A stretch of 64,000 nt of DNA from an uncultured Rhodobacteraceae bacterium (lineage in GTDB: Bacteria; Pseudomonadota; Alphaproteobacteria; Rhodobacterales; Rhodobacteraceae), in contig CAMFGW010000011.1 in NCBI GenBank assembly GCA_945952025.1, positions 10,377-74,376 on the forward strand, written 5' to 3'. Both the position numbers and the translations under genes were made by a program. This document shows, piece by piece, positions 61,349-64,000 of the stretch; within the stretch, counting starts at the first letter, position 1, and each line of letters opens with the position of its first letter. The notes beneath the pieces were generated by a model that did no database searches, was not told the origin of the DNA, and worked only from the letters and a program-made list of their open reading frames with translations.

Positions 61349-62299
61349 CTATTTTGCCGGTTTATCCGCGCCCGGTTCACCCACGCGCATGATTTCCCAT
61401 TCTAGCTCTATTCCGCTGGCTTGGAAAACCCTTTTTCTCACCTCTTCGCCCAGACCTTCCAGGTCGGCCGCCGTGGCACCCCCTGTATTCAGAAGGAAAT
61501 TGGCGTGCAGCTCGCTCATCTGCGCGCCCCCGCGCCGCGCGCCGCGCATGCCCGCATCGGAAATCAGCTTCCAGGCCTTCAGGTCGTGGCGGTCGTCGGC
61601 CCGCCCCGTTGAGGAAAAGCCCGCCGGGTTGCGGAAGGTCGACCCGGCGCTGCGGTCCTTGACCGGCTGGCTCGCATCGCGCCTGGCCAGTTGCTCGGCC
61701 ATCCGCTCGGCCAGGGCGCCCGGATCGGCCAGCGCCCCGCTGAAGGTCGCACCCGTGACGACGGCACCCTCGGGCAGGCGCGACGAGCGGTAGGCCAGGC
61801 CCAGGTCGGCGGCGGACAGCGTGACCGGCGTGCCGTCGCGCAAGGTTGCGGTGACGCTTTCCAGGTGATCGGCGACATAGGAGCCATAGCAGCCCGCATT
61901 CATCCGGACCGCGCCGCCAACCGAACCCGGAATGGTGCGCAGGAAGGTCAGGTCCACCCCCGCCTCTGCCGCCCGGCGCGCGACATGGGCATCAAGCGCC
62001 GCCGCGCCCGCCGTGACGCGCGTCCCTTCGACCGTGATCTCGCTGAACCCGCGCCCGAGCCGGATGACGACCCCCCGCAAGCCGCCGTCGCGCACGATCA
62101 GGTTCGAGCCCACGCCCATCGGAAAGACCGGGACGGAAGCATCAAGGGCCGCCAGGAACGCCCCCAGGTCCGCCGCATCGGCAGGCTGGAAAAGCCAGTC
62201 GGCCGGCCCCCCGACCCGCAGCCAGGTCAGGTCCGACAGCGGTCGGTCGGCGCTCATCGTTCCGCGCACGGGCGGCAGGTCTTGAAGCGTCAGCATCAT
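61349..62299 (-). CDS. murB: UDP-N-acetylenolpyruvoylglucosamine reductase
   Basis: [40 protein letters not shown] and HANFL motifs. Confidence 0.95.
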   Translation of the reverse strand: MMLTLQDLPPVRGTMSADRPLSDLTWLRVGGPADWLFQPADAADLGAFLAALDASVPVFPMGVGSNLIVRDGGLRGVVIRLGRGFSEITVEGTRVTAGAAALDAHVARRAAEAGVDLTFLRTIPGSVGGAVRMNAGCYGSYVADHLESVTATLRDGTPVTLSAADLGLAYRSSRLPEGAVVTGATFSGALADPGALAERMAEQLARRDASQPVKDRSAGSTFRNPAGFSSTGRADDRHDLKAWKLISDAGMRGARRGGAQMSELHANFLLNTGGATAADLEGLGEEVRKRVFQASGIELEWEIMRVGEPGADKPAK

Positions 62300-62439
62300 G
62301 ACGCCCTTCTGCCGAACCCCCCCGCCCCGTGCAAGTCCGCATCGCGCAAGAGCGCATCGCGGGCCCCCTCGTCCAGTTGCGGCAGGACGCCCTTTCGGCT
62401 AGACCCCGGCCCGAGTTCCGGAAAGCCAGGGAGAGTTCC

Positions 62440-63759
62440 ATGTCCGACCCCCAGAAGTTGGGCCCCCAGAAGTTGGGCCCCCTCAGACTGGGCATCGCCG
62501 GGCTGGGAACCGTTGGCGTGGGCGTCGTCCGCATCATCCAGACGCAGGCCGATCTTCTGGCCCGCCGCGCCGGCCGGCCGATCACCATCACCGCCGTCTC
62601 GGCCCGCTCGAAGACGCGCAACCGCCCGGTCGACCTGTCGGCCTATGCCTGGGAAGACGATCCCGTGGCGCTGGCCCGCCGCCCCGACGTGGATGTGCTG
62701 GTCGAGGTGATGGGCGGATCGGACGGCCCCGCGCTCACCGCGACCGAGGCCGCGATTGCCGCCGGCAAGGATGTGGTGACCGCGAACAAGGCGTTGCTAG
62801 CCCACCACGGTCAGCGCCTTGCCGAAGAGGCAGAGGCCAAGGGCCGCGCCATCCGCTTCGAGGCAGCGGTCGCGGGTGGCATCCCGGTCATCAAGGCCCT
62901 GACCGAGGGGCTGGCCGCCAACCAGATCCGCCGCGTCATGGGCGTGATGAACGGCACGACGAACTACATCCTGACCCGCATGGAAAATGCCGGCCTGCCC
63001 TATGACCAGGTGTTCGAAGAGGCGCGCCAGCTCGGCTACCTAGAAGCCGATCCGCAGCTTGACGTGGGCGGCATCGACGCCGGCCACAAGCTGTCGCTAC
63101 TCGCGGCCATCGCCTTCGGCACCAAGGTCGCCTTCGACGCGGTCGAGCTGGAAGGCATCGACCGCATCTCGATCGACGACATCCGGCTGGCCGCCGACAT
63201 GGGCTTCCGCATCAAGCTTCTGGGCGTGGCGCAGATGACGGGCCGCGGGCTCGAGCAGCGCATGAGCCCCTGCCTCGTCCCGGCCGACAGCCCCCTCGGC
63301 CAGTTGCAGGGCGGCACGAACATGGTGGTGCTGGAAGGCGATGCCGTCGGGCAGATCGTCATGCGCGGCGCGGGGGCAGGCGAAGGGCCGACGGCCTCGG
63401 CCGTCATGGCCGACGTCATCGACCTGGCGCGCGGCACCCGGCTGTCGACCTTCGGCCAGCCGGCCGCGACGCTGGTCGAGCCGACCCCGGCCCGCGCCAC
63501 CGCGCCCGCGCCCTTCTACCTGCGCATGGCGCTGGCCGACAAGCCTGGCGCCCTGGCCAAGGTGGCGGCAGTCCTGGGCGACGAGGGGATCTCGATCGAC
63601 CGGATGCGCCAGTATGCGCATGAGGACCGCTCGGTCGCACCCGTCCTGATCGTGACCCACAAATGCACGCCCGAGGCGCTCGCCCATGCGCTGAAGCGCC
63701 TGCCTGCGACGGGCGTCCTGACCGGCGAGCCGGTCGCGATCCGCATCGAGAACGTCTGA
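62440..63759 (+). CDS. hom: Homoserine dehydrogenase with C-terminal ACT domain
   Basis: GIAGLGTVG, VVTANKA, FEAAVAGGIP, NGTTNYIL and GAGEGPTASAV motifs. ATG 62440 follows GGAGAG. Confidence 0.95.
   Translation: MSDPQKLGPQKLGPLRLGIAGLGTVGVGVVRIIQTQADLLARRAGRPITITAVSARSKTRNRPVDLSAYAWEDDPVALARRPDVDVLVEVMGGSDGPALTATEAAIAAGKDVVTANKALLAHHGQRLAEEAEAKGRAIRFEAAVAGGIPVIKALTEGLAANQIRRVMGVMNGTTNYILTRMENAGLPYDQVFEEARQLGYLEADPQLDVGGIDAGHKLSLLAAIAFGTKVAFDAVELEGIDRISIDDIRLAADMGFRIKLLGVAQMTGRGLEQRMSPCLVPADSPLGQLQGGTNMVVLEGDAVGQIVMRGAGAGEGPTASAVMADVIDLARGTRLSTFGQPAATLVEPTPARATAPAPFYLRMALADKPGALAKVAAVLGDEGISIDRMRQYAHEDRSVAPVLIVTHKCTPEALAHALKRLPATGVLTGEPVAIRIENV
62449..62478 (+). repeat. Exact in-frame 15-bp tandem duplication in the hom 5' end
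   Basis: CCCCAGAAGTTGGGC x2, encoding PQKLG-PQKLG. Confidence 0.9.
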
Positions 63760-63775
63760 GACGGCCACATCGGCT

Positions 63776-63944
63776 GGCAGGGGCCATAGACCCTGCCATG
63801 CGAAGGCTTTGCCTTTGGTCCCCGCCGATGGCCCCAAAGGCCATCGGCAAGCGCCCGCCCCGCCATCGGCGGGCGCTGGCCTTTGTCGGTCTGTGACACA
63901 GGCGGCCCAGCGGCGGTGCCCCGCTGCGGGCGCGGGAAACGCGG
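63776..63944 (-). repeat. Dispersed palindromic intergenic element, copy C (inverted)
   Basis: The reverse complement matches copies A and B, including TGTCACAGA, the GCGCCCGCC/GGCGGGCGC hairpin and GGCAGGG-N-CCCTGCC. Confidence 0.88.
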
Positions 63945-64000
63945 GCCGCGTTTCCTTTTACCGCCCTGCCCGACGAGCCCGGCCGTCAACCGACCGCGTG

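Overview
A very GC-rich (~70%) chromosomal segment of an alphaproteobacterium; gene content and order point to Rhodobacteraceae. It is mostly core genome: pepA / lptFGD-surA-pdxA-rsmA; apt; the aa3 cytochrome oxidase block coxB-ctaB-ctaG-cox3-surf1-thrC-M16 peptidase-GNAT; tldD-dprA-topA; scoAB; a hydroxyproline catabolic cluster interrupted by rpsD; class II RNR nrdJ; suhB; J-domain...cobS-cobT; aminopeptidase P; murB-ddl-ftsQAZ-lpxC-bamD-recN; and hom. The clearest foreign element is a low-GC gene (36490-37497) 7 bp downstream of nrdJ. It encodes a RelA/SpoT-type synthetase with a C-terminal YRNY motif, which fits the CapRel family of fused toxin-antitoxin anti-phage proteins. The non-coding DNA is also structured: a degenerate ~64-bp tandem array between dprA and topA, a 15-bp VNTR and a CtrA-like box upstream of dprA, three copies of a ~170-190-bp palindromic element always placed just after a stop codon, and a multi-stem leader occluding the SD of rpsD. 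A small Cys/His-rich lipoprotein gene sits between cobS and cobT. I saw no tRNA, rRNA, integrase, transposase or cas genes. All assignments come from motif recognition by eye; no database searches were run.
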